Both the position numbers and the translations under genes were made by a program. A stretch of 63,558 nt of DNA, counting the filler, from Dicyema japonicum (Eukaryota > Animalia > Dicyemida): assembly GCA_011109175.1 (NCBI GenBank). It is 7 parts of 7 records of this genome, joined end to end, with 100 filler letters (N's around TTAATTAATTAA, not from the genome) between each part and the next. Parts side by side here need not be neighbours in the genome. Positions count along the whole stretch, not along the records: positions 21,968 to 34,007 come from RDEW01000023.1; positions 34,108 to 52,476 come from RDEW01000190.1; 5 more parts are not named here. One strand, given 5' to 3'. Positions 26,901 through 38,384 of the stretch are shown here, in pieces. The first letter of the stretch is position 1; every line of letters starts with the position of its first letter. The notes beneath the pieces are model-generated. The model was not told the origin of the DNA and did no database searches. It saw only the letters and a list, made by a program, of their open reading frames with translations.

Positions 26901-28548
26901 ATTCCACTCTCTGATCTTTTCTCTTAATTTTTTGATAACTTTCCCGAGTTAAATTATACAAGCTTCCATAACCAACTATTTAAATAAAAAACTATAAATA
27001 ATTTAATTTAATATAAATTATCAATTATTAGTTTATATTTTTAAATTAAACATATTTGAACAATTATGCTTCCTTAAAAAAGTTATCACTTCTCCGCGAT
27101 TTTTTTGGTTGAGGTTTGTGGATCCATTGGAATACATATTAATAATAAAACGCCTATTATCATCAGACAAATTTCGAGACATTAACAATTACGAAGATTA
27201 AAATTTATTTAATGTCAATTTAAGTAATTCTCACTTTGATGTGAATGATTCTCACATTGATGTGAATAAGTTTTCACTTTGAATAAAAACCCTGTAATTT
27301 TTTTTAAAATATCATTATTTTTTTGAGGCACCCAGGATCCAAAATGAGGCACCCTAGGATGCCTCCAGGCACACTTTGGAAACCACTGATTTATACATTG
27401 TATCCATATCGGCCTTTTGTTGATTAGCAAGAAGTTTCAAAGCAGTTATTTCTTCAGTGGGTGTATTAGTTACGTAGTCCTCTTTTATATATCCGCAGCA
27501 ATCATGATCTTCTGTTGACCAAGGTCCACGCAATTTGGAATGCAAATCTACTTACATTTCTTCCAATCCAGATATTTTCTGAATTCCTCTCCTTGGATGG
27601 TATTGTTCTTTAGATGGGCCTATAACATATCCCTTCCCCCGCAGTTCCGTGTGTCCATTGCACTTTCTTTTCATCCCTTGCAGGACCCATAAGTTTATTT
27701 AAGCGCGTTTTGGCAATCACCATCTTGTGATCACTGTCAATTATAGACCCTCCACAATCACGGGCATCAGTGACAATATTGCGGTCTTTTTTATTAACGG
27801 TATATGCGCTGAACTAGGTCCTTTCTTACAGAGAATCCTAGTCCTAATGTTTTGATCTCGCACGAGAGAAAGATTAACTTAAACTTGCGTGTTGTTCTTT
27901 CAAACTCCTTCGATATTTTGTCTCTGGAGAACATCCGATGATATCATATTTTGAAANTTCTGGAAGTGGTCAGCAATTCTCGAGGCTTTATCCCCATCAT
28001 TCAGTATTAAGTGTTCCAATTCGTCTCATATCCATATTTTGGAGTTTTGAGAACCCGGTTAAGCATCCGAACAGCCATGTACATTTGACTTCCAGGCGAG
28101 AGCTTTTCAATTTCGGTGGCTTTCTCTTCTAAGTATTTCGTCCATAATAGGCGTGTCCGGACTTTTATTTCATGAAGGATTCTGTTTCTTTGATTTCCTA
28201 GCTCTCTTTTATCTTCCGGACAACAATTTTCGATTTCTCAGGCGGATGTTTCTTTGGTGATCTGACATTTCACTTATTTTTGAGTCATAATATGCGTAGT
28301 TGTTGTTCGAACGGTTGTTTCTATAGCCGATAGTATCCGCCGCGGCCTGTTAGACGGCCTCGACCAACTTTTCCAGAAGAACGTCTGGCTTCTCTTCTGT
28401 ATTTAGTTGTGATATGTGCTGCTCGATATTTATCTTGATATTTTTTTCTTTTCACGTATTGTTTATCAGTTTCCCCGTAGCTAGTCTTCGCCGATGGTGT
28501 TGACTGGATTGTACTGGGCAATGTTGCCAAATAGTTTATGGATGCGTA

Positions 28549-29340
28549 TCTGGGTGACGTGCCTCTCTTGTTATGTCTCGAACATGTTCTCGTTCTATTC
28601 GATCAAGGCCCTTTACTATCGCCTCATTTAATGTTAGAGGACTATCAGCTAGTTCGAAACGGAACACCCTGTGCGAGAATCTAGTGGGCTGTCTTCAAGA
28701 ACAAAAGTCGCGGGAAGACATGATGACGTTTACGGAAAATAGCACCTAATGTTACTACCGTCGAAGTGCCGACACTACGGATTGGGATTCGCTGTTCAGG
28801 CTTCGTTGAGAAAGCAGGAGTTTAAAATGTGGAGTGTCAATGATTGTATTGCGATTCTCCAAATAAAACTAAAACCAACAGGAGTAAATTGTTAACTATT
28901 ATCAACATATACGCACCTCAGAAGGACAGAATACTGGCCACCTCCGATGAGTTCGACGAATTTTATGCGAGCCTTTCCAAAATGTACCCCGAGTTGAACA
29001 AAAATAAAACAACAATCGTGTTTCTGGCGGGGAGACTGGAATGCAGGAGCAGGCATTAGGAAAAACCAAAAAGTATGTATCGGAAGGCACGGAAGAGGCT
29101 ATCGAAATTCATTCGGTTAGTCCCTAATTGGCTTTTGTCTGGCATTCGGTCTCTACCTCTGCAATACGACTTTCAACACCCGGCATAAGACGACTTGGAC
29201 TGGCTACAGGAAACAGCCGGAAGATCACAATATACAATCAAATAGATTATATAGTATGTCAGAATAAATATAAAAATTCGTTCATGGACTCACGTTCATT
29301 GAGAGGAGCCTTAATAAACCGCAATCACAGATAACAGTGG
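28549..29340 (+). mobile_element. RTE-like LINE 5' part (APE domain)
   Basis: Family 5' motif GGTGACGTGCCTCTC, then FNVRG, IINIYAP and YNQIDYIV. Confidence 0.75.
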
Positions 29341-29603
29341 CTCAGATACGCATCCAGAAACTATATTGGATGTTGAATTGGAAAAATTGGTGTTTGGAAA
29401 AAATTGATTTCTTTATAGATAAATTCTGCTGTTGTCAAGGAACAAGAATATCGTCCTTTTGAATGTCGGAGATGAATACATATGGCAGTGTTATTCTATC
29501 AGAGAGGTCTCTGTTGCGAAAGAAACCACAAATTCATCAGCGTACGAAACAAGAATATGAAACCTGGGTGTCGGAAATAAATAAGTCGAATAAGACAGGG
29601 ATA

Positions 29604-29891
29604 GGGTGGCTGATTGGTTGAGAGCCCGTTGTTCCCCAGTGGTCCAGGGTTCGATTCCCAGAGGCTGCCTGTGCGGAAGCTCCGTTCGGTTTGACGAGTG
29701 ACGCCGTCATGGACATCTCATCAAACACGGACTCCGCACCGAACGGATCTCCGGATGGGATGTCGAGCTTCCTACTGTCTAGAAAGGACTCACACGCAAG
29801 AAAAATAAAGATTAAGTGAAGAACATTGGCCTTTCCTACGATTAATCAGAATTTACTGTTCTTTACTTAAAAATAAAGTGTGTGTCTTGCC
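29604..29891 (+). mobile_element. SINE copy C with a different tRNA-like head
   Basis: A box TGGCTGATTGG and B box GGTTCGATTCC. Core TGACGAGTGACGCCGTCA and tail (TGTCTAGAAAGGAC..CTACGATTA..CTTTACTTAAA..GTGTGTGTC) are shared with copies A and D. Confidence 0.7.
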
Positions 29892-32400
29892 CAGGGTTTC
29901 TCAAGTTTTTAACGTCGGGGCCAAATCGATAATTAACCACTGTCTTCGGGGCCGCAAAATAAATTAATTGAAAACTTTCATTAATTTTTAACTAATTGTT
30001 AACTAATTTGTCATACAGTGCGACCCGAATTGGGGAAATTTTTCCCCAATTTTGAGGTTTTCCCCAAAAAAGAGGGTTTTCCTTAAATTTAGGTCTCTCC
30101 TGCTTGATTTCCAACCTTTAAGAATATAACCAAGACGGATAACTACAATTTTTATTTTTAATAAAAAAATCAGTTAATTTTAATCGATTTTTTTTCGCAT
30201 CGAACTCATAATATTGGCTTTGAATCTGAATAGATTAAGTATATTTTCCGGAGACTCTTGCTTAATAGCATTTAGCAGCATTGTGAATGCGCATTCGCAT
30301 TATTTAATGTTCAGAAATTTTTCGCTGCAGTCCTCTTCATCACTATCACTACTCTTATCATCCAGAAACTCTCCAAAATCGCATTTCCACAATATCCGAA
30401 TCAATCAGACTTTCTCCGATGTCCTCTTTTCCCGACAGTCATATTCCAAAGCTTTTCAAAGCAATGTTGTATTGAAATGTCTGTAATCTAGCCCATGCCA
30501 ATTTCGAACATGAAATAGAATCCAATATTGTGATTCCCTTTATTGCTTCATCTATTTGTGCTGCAGGATTTTTATTATAGCTAATCGTTTTCACCATCCA
30601 GTTATTGAAATGATTCTTAAATGCCTTTATTATCCTTGGTCACATGACTGAATTAAGGAACTTGTTTTTTTGGAAAAAATATTACGTCGACATTTGAATA
30701 TTGGCAAAAACAGCATGACAAGTTGCATTGTCAATTAAAAATGCTATTTTTTTCTTTTCTCCCTCATTTCCTCGTTAAATCGAAAGAACCAATTTTTAAA
30801 AATATTTTTTGTCATCCAGGCTTTGCGTAAAGCATAATATTCAATGCTGATTTTTTTCAGAATCACACTTTTTAATACTCTTGGCGACTTTGCACGCTCA
30901 ATTATAAGCTGTCTATATTTTTCTCCTATGTAACTGCGACACAACATAAGTGTCATACGTTCTTTTCTTATTTTATATCCGCTGACTCATTTATTTCAAC
31001 AAAACTTTTTTTGGAAACAGCTTTGTAAAATAATGCAGTTTCATCACAGTTGAAAATGTTTTCTTCATAGTTTTTATGCAAATCATTGAAAGTCGATCGG
31101 AAAGTTTTCCTTACCTCCCTTATCTGCTGATCGTGATTCGCCATTTAATATTCTGAATTTTATTTCGAATTGTTTCTTGAATCTGTAAAGCCATCCATTA
31201 GAAGCAGTGAAATCATGATTTGAATTTTATATGCAATTTTACGTGCAATTAGCTTTAAGGTTTTCCCATTGATTGGGAATCCTTTGACCAGAATTACGAA
31301 AAATCTCGTAAACTTTGACTTTCAATTCGGATCAATTCTCCCTACCGATGTTGAGAAGTCTTGGGAATATATTCCTTCCCTTTTCTTTTAGTCGGTATAT
31401 CATTCCTTTCGAGATATTAAATCTTTCACATATCAATTTATCCTTAGACCTAACTGTATATCCTTGCAAATTCTGATCTTTTCACTTTGATTTAGTTTTC
31501 TAGGCATTCGCTTTCTTTATAAAATAACTTTAAAAAATGATAATTTAAATTTTTTAGTAGGTAAATTAGTTAACTAACTAAGTTACCAGGTTAAATAAAT
31601 TTTAAAATTATTGATTATAAATTTGGAAAAACAGGTTACAATAAATAAATAATAATAAATCAAAAATTATAAAATATTATATTAATGAATCGTTTATGAT
31701 AATATAAAATTTTCCCCAGTAGGGGGTTTATTTTATTAAAAATCATCGTATTTTATAGGGATGGCGAAAATATTTCCCCAAAAGCAAGGTTTTCCCCAAA
31801 AAAGAGGGTTTCCCCGCTACTTGGGTTTTCCCCAATTCGAGGTCGCACTGTAATACGGAATATAGGAGGCACATGTAGATCGCAACAGCTGACATAAGTG
31901 ATTATCAGTCAATTTATTTCGATATTTATTTTTTTATGTGAATCATTTTACTGAAAATTGACTCACATAAATAAGTGGATCCAAACATTGAAGCATATTT
32001 ATAAGCATTTATAAGTATATTCGGATATTTTTCTTTGGGAAGTGAACTAAAAATTCCATTAAATTTTCAATCTTTAGCACTGAGGTAAATTCCACATCTG
32101 ATTGAAGGTCTATCAATTCTAATTGGAGTGATGGGGAGCATTCTTAGGATCTATATTGAATGGCGGTGCAAAAATTTTCATTGATGGCAAAATTTCATCA
32201 AAATTCTTAAAATGAACTTAATTTTAATAAACGTTTTTCAAATTCAACAATAAGGTGACTGATAATGGTAGTATATTTTTCAAATGAACCGTTAGCTATA
32301 TTTCGCTCAAAAAAGTAAAATTCGTATCTTTGAGCATTATTTGATCTCTCCAAAGTTTAATTTTATATATAAACCAATTCCTCATACTAAAATAATAAAA
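29892..32400 (-). mobile_element. hAT (Charlie/SPIN-like) DNA transposon remnant interrupted by a pogo element
   Basis: Terminal CAGGGTTTCTCAA at 29892. The - strand reads MFGSTYLCESIFSKM (hAT dimerisation motif) near 31945-31990. Confidence 0.7.
30016..31850 (-). mobile_element. pogo/Tigger-like DNA transposon with complete ends and decayed transposase
   Basis: TIRs CAGTGCGACC(T)CGAATTGGGGAAA at both ends; TA target duplication at 30014-15 and 31851-52. The - strand reads ASNGWLYRFK (CENP-B HTH), IFNCDETALFY and KAWMTKNIF (DDE_1). Confidence 0.9.
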
Positions 32401-33556
32401 ATCGATATGGCTGATTCTTATGTTCGTTAAATATTTTTCTAAACAACCTTATAACCTACTAAACTGTAAAATTTACAGTTTGAACCACTGCTGTAAATCA
32501 CGGAATATATCTAGTCAAGTTATTTTTTTGAAATAAGGGAGCAAACATACTTTTTCAGAAATTTCCAAACGAGGCTGGAGAAACTGAGGCTAGTTAATAT
32601 TCTGATTATTTGATTACTCAAACTTTATTACTCAATCTCATAGTTGAGTTGTATTAAATACTATTATTCGAAATGGATATTAGGTAATAATAAATTTAAT
32701 ATAAATAGTAAGAAAAAAATGTATGAAAATACTTATTTGTAATATTCGGCTTTGTATCCAGGAAATAAAATTCCTACATTAAAAGCCAACATTAATTAAA
32801 TGAATATATGAATATAATAAATAATTCATTCAACATATTCAAAATAATTTCTCATCTACACAAAAATGTCAGTATCCATCATTAGCGAGGAGGTAAACGC
32901 TATGGATGTTCCAGAGGATCTCAGTGGCGATTTTAAGAGAGAACTGCTTAGCTATTTTCTTATGAGATCTCCAAGGGTCGGACACGACTTAATTAGATAA
33001 CCAACCTATACCAGGCTTGACTATCTGTTTTGAGTATTACTAGCAATACAGCACAATAGGTCAGTATAGATTTCTCCATTTTGTTCTATTTCGAGCCACG
33101 TCGCTGAAAATGTCGAGATCGTGTACATCTTTGAGGCGTTTCCCAATACTTTTAAGCATTTGTTTTGACTAAATATTATAAATTGTAACCAAATTATTTA
33201 TTTTTTTGTAAAATATATTTAAAGAAAGTCTTTTTTCGATATTATTGAAGTAAATCTTGATTAAAATCAATTTTGAAGCCTCGATCTTTAGAACGACAAA
33301 ACCGGAAACCGTTGTCGCAGCTTGAAGGTTGTGTGCGAGAAATATCGAAATACAGGAAAGACATTTCTGGTCCAACCAGAGAAGGCAGCTCGCCAAACCA
33401 ATAAAAATTCACAACACTGTATAATTTCGAAATATAATGTATTAAATTGGGTACCAAATTGTTATTAAAATCTTTTTTTAAATATTATTTTATTTTAGTT
33501 CTTTAAAATTAATAATTCAATTTGTTTTCAGTTGAACCGCATTTGACACAACTGAC

Positions 33557-34007
33557 ATGAATAACGAAATACTACGAGAGTTAAGGAGGTTAATGAAGAA
33601 AGGAATATCTCAGCATATTATTTCATCACCTTTCATTAAGTAGAAATTGTTTTTAAAAACTCAAAGTTTCATAGATACAGTTCACTTGGCAAAATTAGCT
33701 GCCTAGCCTGTAACATGCCAATAAAGAACGAAATTCTCTGGGGAATACATTGCAAAGACCCCCAACACATTCATGTAAGTAAAGTTTTAAAAATAATAAT
33801 CAGAATGCTGAAAGATATCAACGTGGTGATCCCAAAAACGGAATTGGTATAATTCACAGTCTTAAAAGACCTGGAAATGACAAAATCGACGAAATTGATC
33901 CAAAAAAACCAAAAATACAGGAAAAAATGTTCAAATTGATCTTAAATTAATAAAAAAGGGAAATCGACGACAAAGAAGGTCAAATTGATTCCAAAAGTCG
34001 TGAAATC
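33557..34007 (+). CDS. ZNF830: Zinc finger protein 830 (CCDC16)-like, 5' part, truncated by a gap
   Basis: ELRRLMKK..ISSPFIK|YSSLGKISCLACNMPIKNEILWGIHCKDPQH after removing an intron beginning at 33640 (~35 nt, ending TTTCATAG). Matches the ZNF830 N-terminal zinc finger. Confidence 0.8.
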
Positions 34008-34359
34008 NNNNNNNNNNNNNNNNNNNNNNNNNNNNNNNNNNNNNNNNNNNNTTAATTAATTAANNNNNNNNNNNNNNNNNNNNNNNNNNNNNNNNNNNNN
34101 NNNNNNNGTGCTTATCCAGTACTCCATAAAGTCATTGGGGTATAAACTTGACTCTCAATGAGCAATCAAATTGAGATCCCCCTTCTTGAACCTTATTATC
34201 GATTTCCACAATACACAATTTTTTAGCTTTTTTAACTTCCCAGCATTCTTTGTTGTATTTTGTGATATTCTGCATAATTTTTTTATTTGCTTAGGATATT
34301 CGGAACCTATTTAGATAGTGATTGCCACTTTCCTAACAAAATCAATATATGATCCTTTC

Positions 34360-35160
34360 ATGCTCTACGAGATCTCCGGAAATATTACAGCGACGATATT
34401 ATGGAAATTGTTTACGCCGATGATGCTGATTTTTTGTCAAGTAACAAAGATACACTTAAACGTCTCCTGGAGGTAGCATCAGACCCCCTGGCTAAATGAT
34501 TTCTATTAATAAACACTTCGAAAACGGATCTTGTCGAGATCAAGCGGATGGAACCACGAAATATCGAAAACTGGAGGAAGATCATAAAACTTGGCTCTCT
34601 TCTAGGGGACTCCGAAGACATTGCCAGGAGAAAATTGTTATTTACGGTGACCACGCAAGGATGGATCCAAAGGCCTATCACTCCGACTCAGATAGTATGA
34701 GGCATTAGTGAAACCGATCCTTATAACTCTAGAACATGGGAATCTCGAAAACCGACGGAAAATGGTTCGACTGCTTTCAAAGGAATCAACTTCGGTCTCT
34801 ATTGCGATTAAAGTGGCAAATGCATGTAAGGAGTGAAGCATTGTTCAAAAGATGCTCCTCTGGACCTCTGAGCACCTTGATCATGAAGATACGCTGGAAA
34901 CAGTTCGGTCACATTTTAAGAATAAAGCGAGATATACCAGCAAACATCATCATGAAAGATTTCTTGAAACATCAGGCAAAAAGGCCGTCGCGTATAACGC
35001 TTCCTGAAGTCTTTAATGAAGGTTTGAAACCAGTAAACAGAACACTTAAGGACGGTGAAGACCTCAGCAGTTTGCGGAGAGGTGGGAGAGACTAGTATCT
35101 CGATCATACATAGGTAGCACGAATATAATTATAGATGATATGCTTTTATGTTGTTGCTTA
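34360..35160 (+). mobile_element. RTE-like LINE 3' half, close relative of the 49473 element
   Basis: Nucleotide similarity to 51620-52470 that includes the 3' UTR. Confidence 0.85.
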
Positions 35161-35259
35161 TTTAACAACCCAACAGACATAGTTAAAGTTATTCTTGGAT
35201 GCTATAATTTATTTATTTAACCCCAAGACCACCAGGAAAGATAGGTCAAAACTAAATAA

Positions 35260-36062
35260 TTAGGTGATCCCAGCCTCCCACAACATCCGAACTCTCTTCA
35301 ACAGGAACAAATACGTGGGTACAGCAAAATCAGAGCTTCAGTCACATATTGACGACCTGGGAGCCTGGTTAAAGTTGAATCGTCTCTCCATATCCAGGGA
35401 TAAATCAACGTATACAATCTTCACCACGGACAAAAAAGAAAAACAAACTGGATTTATGGAGACTCCTCACCATTACAGATTCGTCCAACTATCCTGGGAG
35501 TGACATTTGACCCTTTGATGACATTTTCTCAACATGTGAAGAACTTTATGACAAAGGGTCTCAGGAAACTAAATATAATCAAACCGCTCGTGAAGTCCAG
35601 GCCGTCACGCTCTCGTCGTGTTCAATCAACTCCTAAAACCGACGATTGAGTATGCTTGTGCCTCATGGGCCTATGGAGCTTAGATATCAAATTCACTCAA
35701 GATCAATTCCCTAATTGGCAAACTAGCACGTCTAACAAATCTATCCCCGATCTTTCCCCCAATGCTTGACCACGCCGTAATCAAAAATAATGGCTCCGGC
35801 TTCATCTGCCTGTGTGGCCAAAAAACAAGTCGTTTCTTCCACTCAAGGCTAGTGGCCTCAAATACACGAAATTTGGGGAAAAAACCCACCCCTCTTCAAA
35901 CTCTAATGAAAGATGATCGTCGTCTATTCAGGAAAGCCGTGGGTACTCTGGAGGAACACAGGAAAAACCTCTCGATCCTGTTAAGGCGTACCGGAATCAC
36001 TTAATTAGTTGGTTTACTCCTTCTTTCTTGGTGTTCCCTTTTCGGGGTTATTAAATAATAAT
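35260..36062 (+). mobile_element. Jockey/I-like LINE 3' fragment
   Basis: LGAWLKLNRLSIS, LGVTFD and EYACASW; ends GGGGTTATTAAATAATA. Confidence 0.65.
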
Positions 36063-36066
36063 AAAT

Positions 36067-36345
36067 GGGTGGCATAGTGGTTAGGTGTCGGGCTAAAGTG
36101 ACTTAGGTTACGAATTCGATTCTCGCTGCTGTTCATGCTAAAAGGGTTTGACGAGTGATGCCGTCATCAGTGGATACTCACTGCGGAACTGGATTGTCTA
36201 GAAAAGACCCACACACAAGAAAAATAAAAAAAGAAGTGAAGATCATTCCTTGGTTCCACGATTAGTTAAAATTAACTGTTCTTTACTTAAAGTGTGTGTC
36301 CTGCCTATGCGGAGCTATAAATATTGAGGCTCTCGTGAAAAGGCT
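36067..36345 (+). mobile_element. tRNA-derived SINE, copy D
   Basis: Aligns with copy A over head and tail, with an internal deletion. Confidence 0.8.
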
Positions 36346-36417
36346 TTTTAAAAATTAAAAAAATAAAACATGTTTGAGACATAGCTAGAGAGGCACGTCA
36401 CCACCTCAAACAAAACT

Positions 36418-37130
36418 AATTTACGCGGATGATGTCGATTTCGTCACGGAAGATCGGAAATTTATAGAAACTAAGACAATTTTGAGTAAATGGTCCTTCA
36501 AAGTCAATGAAACAAACTGAAATATCCACTATTGAAAGAACGCCAATCTGCGTTGAAGAGAAGTGGAGGAACACCCGAAAACTCGGATCGGGCGAGTCAG
36601 AAGATATCACAGGACGAAAGATAGCCACAATAGCACTTAAAAAATTATAATCCATTTTGATGAGAAAGAATCAAATTCCTACTAAGATGCGGTTATAATG
36701 GATTTGTCCGACCAGTCATCATGTCAAACGCAGGTACTTGGGGAACATCAAAGAAAGACATGGAACAAATCGACTAGTTTCACAGAGGCCAACTAAGAAA
36801 ACTCGTTGGATACTTTTGGTCAAAGAAAATCTCAAAAAATAAATTATACAGACTGACTGATTGTGGACATATAAGTCTGAACGTATTTGAATGCCATGGA
36901 AGATTTTTTCGGCCATACTGTATCTTCTAAATTCAAAGGACGTCCATTTTCCATTTGTTGTTTCAAGTGAGACTGCAGTTGTCTTCCCAAACATTGCGGA
37001 GGATTATGCTATGATCGGGGGCCAATTAATGGATGCAGACAATCTGGACGAAATCAGGAGGTCAGCATGACAACGAAAGGGATGTAAAAGGCTAACGGAA
37101 AGGATAATCGAAACCATAAACAGTGTTTAC
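36418..37130 (+). mobile_element. Decayed RTE-like LINE 3' fragment
   Basis: IYADDVDF, KVNETKTE and GTWG remnants. Confidence 0.65.
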
Positions 37131-37591
37131 TAGTATCGCGGATGTGCTTTAACTAACATATTGATTTTGTTGCACGAAAGTTGGGGTTCATTATCTAAAC
37201 AAGAACCCAATATTGTTTAACTGACCTCCATTGAGTGTCGATTTTATTTAGTTTATTTCTTGTTTGGGCTCCCATCAAAATGAATCTTTTGTGAGCTCAG
37301 AGTATGATCAGCGGAAATCCTCAGAGACCATCAATGTGTTGTTCAAGTCCGTGAGGCGAACTGCCCGTGAGTTGACAATAGTTCTTGGATCAATTTAAGT
37401 AATAATTAGAAAAATTTTGATAAATCTTTGATTCCATGCTATCCACGTGGAATGATTGTTATGCCATTAATTCGTTGAGTTCTTCTAAAACATTGGTTTT
37501 CCAATCATTATGGGGTATGATCATCAATATAATAAAATTAATTATTACCAAATAATTATTAAATAATTAATAATTTAAAATATTTAATATC

Positions 37592-38117
37592 ATGTCGTAT
37601 GACCCTGATCGAGATTTTAAGCCCGTTGTGTTGAGAAAGAAAGCTCCAAATGTGTCCCAACTAAAGAAATCCCAGGTAATCGACAACTAACGCATCAGAA
37701 TGTCAAAAATGCTAAGAATCAGGGTATCCAAGTGGAGACTGTGTTCAAAAGTTTGCTATATCATAACCTTAGAGGGGTACAGCACGAATAAACAAAAGAA
37801 AAACGACATGGAAGCGTACAAAATTGATCAGGAAGAAAACCTAAAAGTGGAGACAATTTCTGATGACATTGGTCGTCGAGTAAAGGAAGCCAGAACAGCG
37901 AGGAATTGGACTCAGAAGGAGTTGGCAATGGTAGATTGTGAAATTATATAGAAAATAAATGAGAAAGTGAATGTGATTATGGAAGTGGAGACAGCCAAGG
38001 CAATAAAGAATCAGCAGTTAATTTCCAAGTTAGAACGTTGTTTTGGTAGTTTTATTATATATTATAGGTATTCACCTTCATGGAGTTAAAGCTGGTCAGT
38101 CATTTAAGTCTAAGTGA
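37592..38117 (+). CDS. MBF1: Multiprotein bridging factor 1 / EDF1, 145 aa, 5 exons
   Basis: Removing introns 37676-37698, 37751-37772, 37931-37951 and 38046-38067 gives PVVLRKK..STNKQ..ARTARNWTQKELAMKINEK..ISKLERCFGIHL (HTH domain). Confidence 0.93.
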
Positions 38118-38384
38118 TTATTTTACTCTTATTTTGATTGAAATACCTTACATTTAAATAATAAACTTATTTCCATTAAGTAATTATTATTATGGTCAAT
38201 AATCGTTAATCTTTGTTATTTGCAGTGTCCAATATCCACAGATAGTAACAGAGGCAGATGTTATATTATTTATAATTATTAAATAACTTTACTTGTAAAA
38301 AACTTATTTATTTTGTGACTGATCATAACAGTGAGGTTGAAGGAAAAATAAAGAGAATTTATATTAGTCATAGTTAATATTTAA

